Shown: in pieces, positions 1 to 10,439 of the stretch
Numbering within the stretch: the stretch's first letter is position 1
How the letters are laid out: each line of letters starts with the position of its first letter
DNA from: Moniliella sp. 'wahieum'
Lineage: Eukaryota
DNA length: 20,000 nt
Assembly: GCA_003971905.1 (NCBI GenBank)
Contig: RSEE01000041.1
Coordinates: 540,253 to 560,252, forward strand
Reading direction: 5' to 3'
Notes under the pieces: generated by a model
What the model was told of the DNA's origin: nothing
What the model saw: only the letters and a program-made list of their open reading frames with translations
Databases searched by the model: none
Program-made: the position numbers and the translations under genes

Positions 1-872
1 CCGAGCAGCTCCAGCACGCCTCGGCGTTGCTCAGCTCGCGGCCTGGCGACTCACCGAGCACTCACACCTAGTGTCATCACTCGGTCACGCGTCACGTCGC
101 GTCGCAAGGACCAGATCCGCAGCGACCGGTGGTCGCTTCGATAACCACTTGGAAATCTTTTCGGGCAAGGCCGCACGCAGAAAACATCATCGACCAAGGC
201 GTCTGGGCGTGGGACAATCAATCATCCCCTCACCCGTCACACTCCCAATGAAGGAAGGATTGCTGCCAAGTTGAATATAGCCTGGCGGTGAGATCTGAGA
301 GATCTGACAAAATCCAAGAGCTGAGGCTCTGACATCTCAGCAGCTCCCAGCCCTGCGGGGAACTGGGGCACAGCTGATAGATAGCAGATGGCCAGTGGCC
401 AAGCAAGAGATGGGAATGTGTTACAGCAAATGGGAGGTTGCGCCTCTATCAGCAAGTGCAAACGGCAAACGTACTGTCTGTCGGATGCGGCCAAAAACAC
501 CCATGTCGTGTGGCAACTCACAATTATTACACCCCCCCCCCCCCGCGCACGGTTCTCCACGGGCGGATACGGAAGCGCTACATTCACATGTTCACACGAC
601 CACCCAAGCCACTCGCCCGCAACATGGCCTCGAAACACCCTCAACCCTCACGATCTTGTCCATAACGCGGAACGTCTCTGATTGATCATCATGATCGGCA
701 CCGCCCTAGCGTTGGACCCCATCGAGCGCCTGCCCCCAACCCCCTGCCGGTGCACCAACTACTATCCACGTTCGCGTTCAGGGCACTGCGATCCATCTTA
801 TCAATGTACACATGCAATGAAAAACGAACCATGATACAAGTACAGGCCCCAGGGGGCACTGGCACTGGCCAT

Positions 873-1771
873 TCATCTTTGATTGCCAGCCCAAATGGGT
901 TCTCGCGCTTGCGCCGTTTGCTGGGCACAGGCAGTTTAGCTGACGTCGCGCTCAGCGCCTTTGCCCTGTCGCTCAACAAACTCGCCACATCCGGCTCCTC
1001 GTCCCGCACGCGCTTGACACTCACCCCCAACGAAACGACGTCCGGTTGACTGGAGCCTGGGTCGAGGTGGGGGCAAAGAGTCGGAGGTGGGGTCAGCTGC
1101 TGTGTTTGGGACGGCTGCGACCGTCGTGGGCGCGACCAAAGAATTTGGCCACTTCGGCATCGTCCTCTTGTCGCTCGAGCAGAGCCTTCGCTTGCTCTTC
1201 AGCAGCCCGCTTGGCTGCCACCGCCGCCCCGACCGAGTCAGGTCCACCTTGGCCGCGCGAGCGTTCCGGGTGCGAATGTCGGTCAGAGCATCGGCAATGT
1301 CCATCTCGCGCCGACTCTCCTTGGTGCGTTGTTCCAGCGCCGCCATCGGGTCCACATCTTCCTCCTCTTCCACTTCTTCGGCCAACAGACGATCCAGCGG
1401 ATCCTCCTCTTCGTCCGGCGGCGCTTCCTCGCCCTTTTCGCGCCAGGGCTCAAAGTTGCGGCTGGCGCCATGCTCCGCCGCATAGTCGGTATTGCGCGGT
1501 CGGTGCGGAAGGTAATCTCGGCTGAACATCGAGGACACTTGATGTAGAAACGGTAGATCTTGATCCCATAGTAGTCTTGGCCCTCCACCGTCTCTTTGCG
1601 AGCATTGAATTTTTTGCCCTTGTAGATGTACTCGCCACACGAGTTGCACCGCATGCTAAACGGCGCCATCAGACGCACGGCCTGCTGTGCCGCCTTGGCG
1701 ACCTTGCGCGCGGGATCTGCTCGGATCAAAGTCCGCGGGGAAGTACTTGTTGAGCACCTGCGTTCGGACAT
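873..1771 (-). CDS. YJU2: Splicing factor YJU2/CWC16 (CCDC94 family), frameshifted in this assembly; 3' end approximate
   Basis: Stitched frames give MSER(K)[13 protein letters not shown]...[80 protein letters not shown]...[32 protein letters not shown]. This is the CCDC94/Yju2 N-terminal zinc-binding signature. ATG at 1769-1771. The stop is either 873-875 (assuming one more indel) or 689. Confidence 0.95.
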
Positions 1772-2059
1772 GGCGACGGGTGGTGGCGCAAGTGGCGGTG
1801 GGCGGGGGGGGTGCGAGGGGTGCGCGGGCTGGCGCCGTGGCAAAAGGGCGCAGCGGGCGGAATGGGGCGGGAGCGGAATGCACCCGACAGCCCTGGGGGG
1901 CGACAAGCACGCCTGGGCTTGCCGCTTGAACGTTCAGTTTGCACTTTGAATTGAATAACCCAGCGGCCAAACGCAGCGCCCAGGCGACTGGCTGGCTGCG
2001 TGCACTCCTCCTGGCGGGGCCACACCCAGGCTACACCACCACCACCACCCCTCTTCCCC

Positions 2060-4404
2060 ATGTGCGCAAGCCCACAGGCAAGTCGGACGAGGCGCTGCGC
2101 CAGGAGCTCGCTGCCGGCATCATCATCCCCAGCACGTCTACTGGCGCCGCGCGCTCGGCCACCCATGCTGCCCATCCCCATGGCCTCCCGCCCCGTTAAA
2201 GCGCCGTTCAAGAACGGCAGGCCGGCCTGCCTTCGCCCTCTGCCCCAGCCAAGGGCAAGCCCGGTGTTCCTGCGCTTCCCGCATCGGTCACGGCCGCTGC
2301 CGCAAAGGGCGTAGGTGGCGCTGGCGGCCGCGTCGCTTCTCTCCCTCTTCCCGCCAGTGTGCTTCCTCGCACGGCGGCGGCGCCATCGGGCGCGTTGAAG
2401 GGCACACCTTCCCGCTCGGTGCGGTATTCCTTGCCTGTGCGCAGACGGAGAAACCGGTACGATCTACCAAGGTCACTGGGAAGCATGTTCTCCTTCCTTC
2501 CGAGAGCCAACTCGCCCCTCTCCCCCCCAGCGGCGACGAGGATGAGGACGATGATGACGATGACGATGACGATGATGATGATGCTGCTGTCCCAGGCGAC
2601 GCTTCACGGGGGCGCAAGAGATTGTGGCCTGTCCGCGCCCCGCGTGTCCCCCAAGCCGTTCCTAGGCGAGCTAATGCACCAACTGCGTTGCCCAAAGCGG
2701 GCCAGCCAAGCCGGCACCTGCTGTGCCAGCGATCCAACGTCCCGTCGTTCCTGCTACTTCCGGCTCTGGCCGACGTCCTTCCGCCACACCCGCGCCCCCC
2801 CAAGGTTCCTCGGCAACTGGACCCGCTTATCATACCTTTGAGCGCATGCCCGCTCACTTGCGCAGCAAGACTTCCCCCCGTTGACGTCCTATGCAGTGGG
2901 CACGTCGATTCACATTCCCTCTGGTTGGCTTTTTGCGGAGAGACATGTGAAACCGCGCCTGTACAGGAGAGTGTGTATGCGCAGTACCACAAGCCTCTTC
3001 TGCCCGGATTTGGCAAGGCCAACATCCGATCTGCCCCCGAGCCCAAATCTGCTACCTCGCCTCAGGGCGGCGCCTCCCACTTTGAGCGCGAGATTTTGGA
3101 GCGCGAAGAATCGGGATACGTGGGCGGCTACTTTGTCCCGGAGGACGCGGATGCTGAAGACATTGACCAACAGGGTTACATTCGGGATGGCAACCCCCAC
3201 CCTCGTTCCAACGGACGTTCGTGGCTACACCTCGACCGAGACGGACGAATCGGATTTGGACAAGGTACGCAGGAGCAGCACAGACGAGGCAAGGCTCTCG
3301 ACCAGTTTGGAGAGCGATGATGGTGCTACGATCACTGGCATTTCCCCCCGGCTCCCTCGGCGCCCATCATGACCAACAGCGATCGAAGCGACTCGGAGCG
3401 GCTCGTAGAGAAGCCCAAGAAGCGCCGCCCCAGTACGCGCGTCAACCTGGCCTCCCACACCCGGATACATCGATGAACTTTGGCACAACAAGGGCAACGT
3501 TGGAGGCGTTGCAGTTGCTGAGCTGGTGATTATGCCCTATGGCGTGCTGGTGCTGTTCAACTTTACTGCCCATGAGGAGCGCAGCTGCTGGAGGACGTGC
3601 TGGCATCAGGTGCGGTACGCGGCACATTTACACCTTCCCAGTACGAGTCGGAAGCGTTCCACTTTTGCTACGATCCCTCGCTGCCAGCGCCGCGCATCTT
3701 TAATGACTTTTTCACCTTTCGCGGCCAGAACCATCTGCTCAAGCTTTCTCTTGCTCATGCCATCGCGCAATCGACCCTGCTCAGCACGTTTGAGGATAAC
3801 ATGCAGGTCACCTTGGAAAAGTCGGCGCACATTCCGCGGCAACTGGCTTCCAGCGGCTCGCTCCACTCAAGAGGATCGATGCAGTGCGGCTGACGGGGCG
3901 CCTGTTCAAGCTCCGGGTCGACGTGAACCTGACGTCGAATGTGCTGGACACGCCGGAAATCTTTTGGTCGAGGCGTCGCTGCAAGCGCTCTACACGGCCA
4001 TCCGGGATTACCTCGAGATTGACCAACGCGTGGACAATCTCAACGAGCGCTTAAAGGTGGTCAACGATCTGCTCGACATTATCCACGAACACATTGGCAA
4101 CAATGCCATGGCCAACATTACCTGGATCATCATCATCCTCTGCTTTACCGCGTGCATCGTCGAGATTGGCGAGCTGGCTGCTCGCCTGGCCGTCGCGGCT
4201 CGCCGCAGTGGCGGGGCGGACAAGCTGCTGCTGCAGCTGCCGCTGGTGGGGGCAGCGACGGCGTCGGTCTTCTCTCGTCGGACCGCTGTCCTGAGGAGTG
4301 TGGGGGGTGTGGGCCCGAGCGTTTCCTGTGTTGGGTGGTGCTGGCGGGCCCAGTGGCACGTGATGGCCTGGTACCCATGTATGGTGTGTGGTCATAGCGT
4401 CTAG
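2060..4404 (+). CDS. RMD8: RMD1/RMD8 (DUF155, Sif2-like) family protein, frameshifted; start approximate
   Basis: Motifs across frames: LTSYAV...HVKPRLY...YHKPLLPGFG, ELVIMPYGVLVLFNFT, ESEAFHFCYDPSLPAPRIFNDFFTF, LKLSLAHAIAQSTLLSTFE, LFKLRVDVNLTSNVLDTPEIFW, LYTAIRDYLEIDQRVDNLNERLKVVNDLLDII, then a C-terminal hydrophobic helix ITWIIIILCFTACIVEI. The family is clear; RMD8 versus RMD1 is less certain. Confidence 0.88.
2536..2583 (+). repeat. (GAT/GAC/GAG)n trinucleotide tract encoding an acidic poly-Asp run in the RMD-family gene
   Basis: gacgaggatgaggacgatgatgacgatgacgatgacgatgatgatgat translates to DEDEDDDDDDDDDDDD. Confidence 0.8.
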
Positions 4405-4724
4405 TGTGCGGTATATAGCTGCGCTCAGCGGCGCCTGAAAAGTGGGCGCAAGACACGGATGACGCACTCTCCGGGGCAGGTTTCTTAGTCAGGATGCGCA
4501 CATGCGCAGGCAGCGGACGCACTGCCCGGCAAAGAGCGGCTCGGGCCGGAGGCGCAGGGGGGCAGTGTTGCCGCATGTCAGCCCTGTTAGAAATTGCGTC
4601 CCCATTGATTGATGCTTGAGGCGCTGAGGCCTCCGCAAGCCGCAAGCCCCCAGGCGCCTTCCAGCCCGCTTGCTTCTTGTGCTCCCTTTCCCCGCCACCC
4701 ACATCCCCCAACCCCCCCCCGCCA

Positions 4725-6055
4725 TGACCACCTTCACCCGCATTGTCGCCACCGGCGGCCACAGCGGCCTCGGCTTGGCAGCGCTGCGCGCCTACGTGCA
4801 CCAGCTCAAGGACAAGCCCGAGGCCGAGGTGGTGCACATCATTCTCTATGCACGCGCTGGCCATGCCCACTCGGTTGCCCACGAGCTGGAGCACAGCCTC
4901 CAAGCCGCGCGCAAGGCAAGCCCATCGCGGCCGATGTGCCCCCCTCGCTCGTCGAAGTGCGCGAGGCCGACCTGGAAAGCATGGAACAGATCGACACTTC
5001 GATGCAGCAGCTCGTCGACGAGCTTACGCTCGAGGCCCAGGATCCGTCCCAAGCCCAGTGGGGCAAAGACAAGATCTCTTTTCCTGGCCATGGACAGATT
5101 GACATTCTGCTCCTCAACGCTGCCACGGCCAACCCGGTGCGCCGGTTCGTGCCGGACGACCGTCCGGAGTATGCCGGTGTGGTGTATGAAGCTACCGCGC
5201 TGGTCAACCACTTTGCTGCCCTGGAGATGCTCAAGATGCTCTTCCCCATCCTCTTGCGCCCAGGCTGAGTGACCGCGCGGGCATGTACGGGCCCCAGATT
5301 CGCATTGTCTTTACCGGCTCGGCTTTGCCCGTGACCTTCCTGATCCAGTGGGCGACGTGCTTGAAAGCACTTTGGTACCGATGATGCCACTGCGGACGCG
5401 TTGGACTCGACTCGCTTTGGTTCCTTGAACGAACACTATGGCGCGTCCAAGTTCCTTCAGTTGGTGGGCGTGCTGGAGCTGGTGGACCACTGCGCGCACA
5501 CAGTCGCAGGCGCTGCGCAAGGGCGAGCCAGACAGTCGCCCGATTGACGTGATTTACGTACAACCAGGTACGTTGCTCTTACTGCTTTGGATCTTTGGGG
5601 GTTAGTTGTGTGGGTTTGCGGTACTGACCGGTTCCGATCTAGGGTTTGTGCCTACCACTGGCCTCTTCCGTCACGCGGGCCTGTGGGGCAGCCTGTTCAT
5701 GCGTTGGATCCTGCCCTGGATCATCTCGTCCGACAAGTGACGACCGAGACGCAGGCGGGGATATCCTGGCCAAGTGCATGACTCAGCCCCTGGGATTGTT
5801 CCCGCTTCGCACCAGATCCCGCCACCCGTGTCCGCCACGCCGGTCCACGGCACAACGCCCGCCCGTCGAGCCGCGAAAGATGCGTTGCCCGATGACACGT
5901 TCCCCGGTATCGTCGACACGGCCAATGGCGTTACCTTGGCCTGCATCATTCGAGAACACTATGCCGGCCGCGTTGGGCCCCGACTCGCTTCCCCCGATCC
6001 AAGGGCCAATCGGTCGCTCTCCAGATCAAATGGTGGATTCCGGCTCCCCCCGTAA
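4725..6055 (+). CDS. Short-chain dehydrogenase/reductase (SDR) family protein with one intron, frameshifted; 3' end approximate
   Basis: N-terminal Rossmann motif IVATGGHSGLG, VREADLES, IDILLLNAA, VNHFA, RIVFTGS, catalytic YGASK (~5437-5451), then VQPGFVPTTGL across the intron and a C-terminal PDPRAN...LQIKWW. Confidence 0.85.
5568..5642 (+). other. Spliceosomal intron (75 bp) in the SDR gene
   Basis: GTACGT donor, TACTGAC branch-point motif and TAG acceptor. Removing it restores CAA CCA G|GG TTT GTG = QPGFV. Confidence 0.85.
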
Positions 6056-7499
6056 AGAGGCCCCCAAGGCTACCGAGCAGGCTTCCACCGAGCCCCGCCC
6101 GCCCCAGCCTTCCGCTGAAGGGTCGCATTCGCATGCCTAGTTCCGCGCCACGCGCAAGAGCAAGAGGCAGACAGCCACCGTCGACACACTCGATCATACA
6201 GACTGTCAACTGCTACCATCAGCTAGATCGCACCTATGTATATGCATCCTGCATTAGTCCTTTCCGATCGGCTGCCCTCACACTCTCAGGGGAGATATAT
6301 TTCCACGAGGCCTTTTCTCCACAGCAGTATGCGGGGGTGGGGTTGGACCAGTTCAATATCACGCGGGAAGGTTTCTGCCTTAGTACTATTATTGGGGGTA
6401 GTGGACCAATTCGATCAAAGCACTGCTGCCATACGTTTCGAGCGAGACGCCGGCTGTGTGTACTATCGCTAATCGAAATTTCTGGTTACAAGAGGGTGCC
6501 GCGGAGATCTTGCCGCAAGATTATTTGTCGTGTTCGCCAGACTATCACAGTGTTGCCAAATCTCGTGACAAGGAAGCTGGCGGCAAGATCGTCGCAAGGT
6601 CGAGACAATCTGCCCGACAGCTTGAAGGCACATGGCGCCAGCTCCGGTAGCACAGTGTGTGGCCAGCGAGAGAGGGGCGGTGGCGATGGTGGTGGTAGTC
6701 GAGAGGCAAGCGCATCGGCGCAGCCTGCATGCGATTATAGACCGGCGCAACCACCGGTGGTCCACCCGCACAGTGGCGCCAGTGCTGCCCCCCACGCCAC
6801 CGCCAGCTGAAAAGCGGGCACTCGTTTGACCCATGTTCTTTACCCTAGTAGTGCTGGGACACTCCTGATAATCCATCTCCGTCTGCATACCCGTGCCTGT
6901 ACGGCCCGGCCTGCACAAACGGGTCAGTGTCAGTACACCATCCCAGAGGAAATATGACTGGGGGTCGTTGTCGTAATGTAAAACCAGTAGAGAGAATCAT
7001 GACCCCGGTATTGAGCAGGGCCGTACTGATGTTCGTTTTGGTCTTTAGTATGAAAGGCACTGACGGTCGGCGGCAGCAATCCTCAGGTGAGGAATGCGTT
7101 GCGTTTGCCGTGTGGAAGGGATTGTGTATCGTGAAGGTTGGTCCGGTCTCCGCCGGGAGTGCCGTTGAGAAGAGCTTGGGCCTGCCATTGGAACCAGGCC
7201 GTCCGTTCAACCCATTCGATAAAAGTCCTGGGTGGGGATCAATGCGGTTTCCATGTTGGGGAGCACCCAGCCACTCTGGGAGAAGAAGAGCTGGCCGGTC
7301 TGTGTGGGACAACAGCGGAGGCATGGGGGCCGAAGTGGGGAAGGGAGAACAAAGGGGGGCGCAATGGGGCCACAACACTGCTGCGAGTGGCGAGCAAAAG
7401 GGGCGAGGTGGAGGATTCACTTTGGCACAGCTCGGGTTAGGTGGGCGAGGCAGTTACTTAATGGTCCGTATCCAATCGAGATGAGGCTCATCAACCCCA

Positions 7500-8750
7500 T
7501 CTCCATCCTCTTCAGGGGGATACAACGAGGGGGATGAGACCGCGTACAAGCATCGACATCTACGCGAACAAAGTTGGCGCGCTCGGCCCATTCTGGATAG
7601 GTAATCCTCGCGTGGGGTGAGCGCCGCGACCAAGCACATCATCATGAGGGGCGGTTAGTAACAGCACTTCTTTTCATCCCAATGGCCACAAACCCCCATG
7701 CCACTCCACATTTCCTGGGTGTGACCGAGGCGATATGCGGATGCGCGTCTTCTTCATCGACCCGGCGACGCGGTATAAGCTGGCAATGGTTTGATCCACA
7801 TATTTATAATGGACCTCAAGCTCTCTTGCAAAGCGTGTCCATTGTGTTCATTGGGAGCGGCCCCGGTCCACATGGGCGGAAGGTATTTGCACCTGTTAAG
7901 CGCACTGGTCAGCACATTACAGCACAACAATAAGGCTTGGGCGGTTTCGTACATGATGAATGAATAGTGGGTATATTGTGCATGACAGTGTGAACAAGCA
8001 TTTGCACGCCTGTACGCCACCCATACGAGCTGGCAAGGAGAAAAGAGCCCTGTCCCACTTCTGACCATCCTCAGCGCTCGGGTCCGCTCCCGGATTGCCT
8101 TGACCTCGCGCCAGAGCTGCTCATCGATCTGGTGGAGCTGGTCCGCCAGGCCCTCTGTCCGCATCGAGCGGAGCAGGTGCGCAGGTTCTGTTGCAGGCCA
8201 CGCGCAACACATTGCTGGGCGGATGCTTATCCGGAACTGTGTGCTATCCAGCACCCCATCTTCTATGTGCTGCCATGCATTACTACCAATGACCTGACAG
8301 CCCAAGTTGCCCACATTGCCCATGAAAGAGGTGTACTCGACATCGTTCTCGGAGCAGTGTTGGCACGACGTCTTCACTAACTGTGATTCTTCCGGCGTCC
8401 CTCCCGGACATACGCCATGCCCGGCGGACAAACTGTGCTGCGGATGGTTACAGCATGCGCGAAAGCGATTTCGAGCTAGTGGCGGAGGGGACGGGGGGAG
8501 AAAGGGCAACATAAAGCTGACCATGCACAGGCGTATGAGGCGGGGATACCCACATATCGCAAGCTTTGGCCCTGGACTTTTTGATATTAGTCATGTCAAC
8601 TGACAGGGGCAATGGGGATGTGTAACAGCTGTGAATGGGCAGTCGCCATCGAGAGGCGCGGGAGACGGTCATGAGGGGACCGGTGGTCGTTCCCGAGCTA
8701 CAAACGATGGAAGGTTGACCGGGGTGGAACGAAAATGAGACGGGCATGCC
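7500..8750 (-). mobile_element. Degenerate CRE-clade-like (Cnl1/MoTeR-type) non-LTR retrotransposon fragment A: RT C-terminal half, thumb and endonuclease region
   Basis: Minus-strand remnants in the expected order: LMTVSRA (cf. FNTVSR), CYTSPLPL (cf. WxYxxPSxL), LGCQVIGS, LQQNLR/HLLRSMRTEGLADQLHQIDEQLWREVKAIR (~8095-8197), WDRALFSLPARMGG (8016-8057), HHVRN. DNA is colinear with fragment B (7620~10512, 7770~10660, 7950~10967, 8016~11346, 8095~11428). Many stops and frameshifts. Confidence 0.7.
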
Positions 8751-9349
8751 ACAGTGACCAACTCTGCACGGGTTAGGACGTCATTTCACCAACGTACCGC
8801 CTCCACCTCTTTCCTCGTTCTCTCACCTACAGCCACGGATCACCTTCGGCCACCCACCAACGGACTCGTGTGCTGCGCTCTTTCTTTGCCGTCACGGATC
8901 AACATGTCCTGGTAAGCCCCGACTCCAACGGTTCATGACCCTGTTGCGTTCCTTGTTTCGGCCTTGTTTGGCTTGTGTTTTTTCGAAGTGAGATTGGTTC
9001 CTTCCCACGTTTCCGACCTCTGCCAACGTACACTTCGCCACCGTAGAAGATGGCACGACTCGAATCTTCTCCATTTGGTATTGCGCCTGGGGCAATCCGT
9101 ATGCAGTACCTTACATATGTTCGTTCGCCTGTCACATATGCTCTCGTTCACCTGCCTTATCGTGGTCAGAACAGGTTAGCAGGAAATGTACTGGAGGCAG
9201 AACGCGGCGCAGGATGAGGGGGGGGTTGATGCGTGGTGTTGCGGTAGGGAGATGAACTATAGACTCCCAGGTGTGCCCCACGTGTCATTGGAACTGCCCA
9301 CCCGCTCAAGATTTGGGGAAAAGGAGGGTAATGGAGGGTCCAGGAGAGG

Positions 9350-10280
9350 GGAGACAGGGATGAGGGTGGACAAGTTATTCCCTTGGCTGGAGTTGGAAGA
9401 TAGGTGTTGCGAGGCACTGAGGGAGCCAAAGATGGTCATGTGTCCCCCCCTTTCTACACCCTCGGCGAGGCCACACTTGAGGGGCGGTCCAGCATGGATT
9501 TGTTGTTCTCCACGCCTTGCAGCCCTGCTTTTGGAATCCTACTTGATTTGGATCAGGACCGCTGGTCAGCGGCTTCGGCGGCCCGGGTTCAGCTTGCCTC
9601 CGTGCGCCAGACCGCCACGCGTTCTCCCCCCCCATCGTGTCTGTGCATGACGCCGGGGGCCACACGGTCGTGCGAGCGCCCCGAATTGCATGCCGTGGGT
9701 AAGGAATACGAGAAGATCGGCAGGAGTTGGACTCGGGGATGGAGTGGGAGGGGGCGATGGTGGAGACGGACGTGGTGGGCGTTCGACGCTCAACCGGGTA
9801 CCCACTTTGTTGGGGTCGAATGGACCGCCAGCCACTGCATTGCTTCATTCGCGCAATTTACCACGACACAAGCGACCTCCACCGTCCACATCGACAAGCA
9901 AAACACTCGCCGGGCGTCTGCTGCCACCGCCAGCTGCCCTCCTTGTCCCCGATCCCGCCCCATCGCGTCCAGACACCAAATAGACATCCGACTATATACC
10001 ATCCGCTTGCCCCCCACACCCTTCGTGTGGATCCAAGAAAAGCCGCGTTCTAAGGGGTTCTCATGCATTACACACTGGCCGCTTGGGAGGATGGACGTAC
10101 GAAGCAATGCGCAGGCAACCCGTTAGTGCTGTCACTAAGGTCGCTCACGACACAAGCTAGAGTCAATGATCAAACTAACACGCCCCGCAACCATGACCGT
10201 CAGAAACAACTTAACCCTTGCCCCACGTCTGGCACATCAGGCTCTTTATGCGCGTTCGGCCCGGCCTACCATCGTCCACC
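9350..10280 (-). mobile_element. Degenerate fragment A' of the same retroelement family: RT N-terminal part
   Basis: DNA homology to B: 10055-10130 (ggttctcatgcatt...ggatggacgtacgaag) matches 12426-12505, and ~9550 matches ~11910. Translation MVYSRMSIW...GQLAVAADARR parallels B's MVRSGMLIP...RQLAVAKDAVR (cf. SRLIPLxK...RPIAVGE). TYL at ~9400 sits where B has TYLDH. Confidence 0.55.
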
Positions 10281-10439
10281 GCGGCTCTGTAACCAGGCCG
10301 TGATGGGAAAACCTTGGGCCAGCCTCATCGTTTTCGGGCACCTACATACCCTCCATAGAGTGCTGGTGGCGCGGGTGACGGGTGGAACAGCCTACTCCCC
10401 ACCAATGCGAAATGTAAGCAACTTGGGCCCCCGCAGAGA

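Noticed and set aside
71..685. Short ORFs at the window start
   Set aside because: No recognisable domain or coding signature.
873..6055. Calling YJU2, the RMD gene and the SDR pseudogenes
   Set aside because: The indel pattern is shared with the rRNA and protein motifs are intact, so sequencing error is more likely.
9379..9390. ttcccttggctg matches the 28S just downstream of the break
   Set aside because: About 12 bp only, with no flanking similarity, so it cannot be called the resumed 28S.
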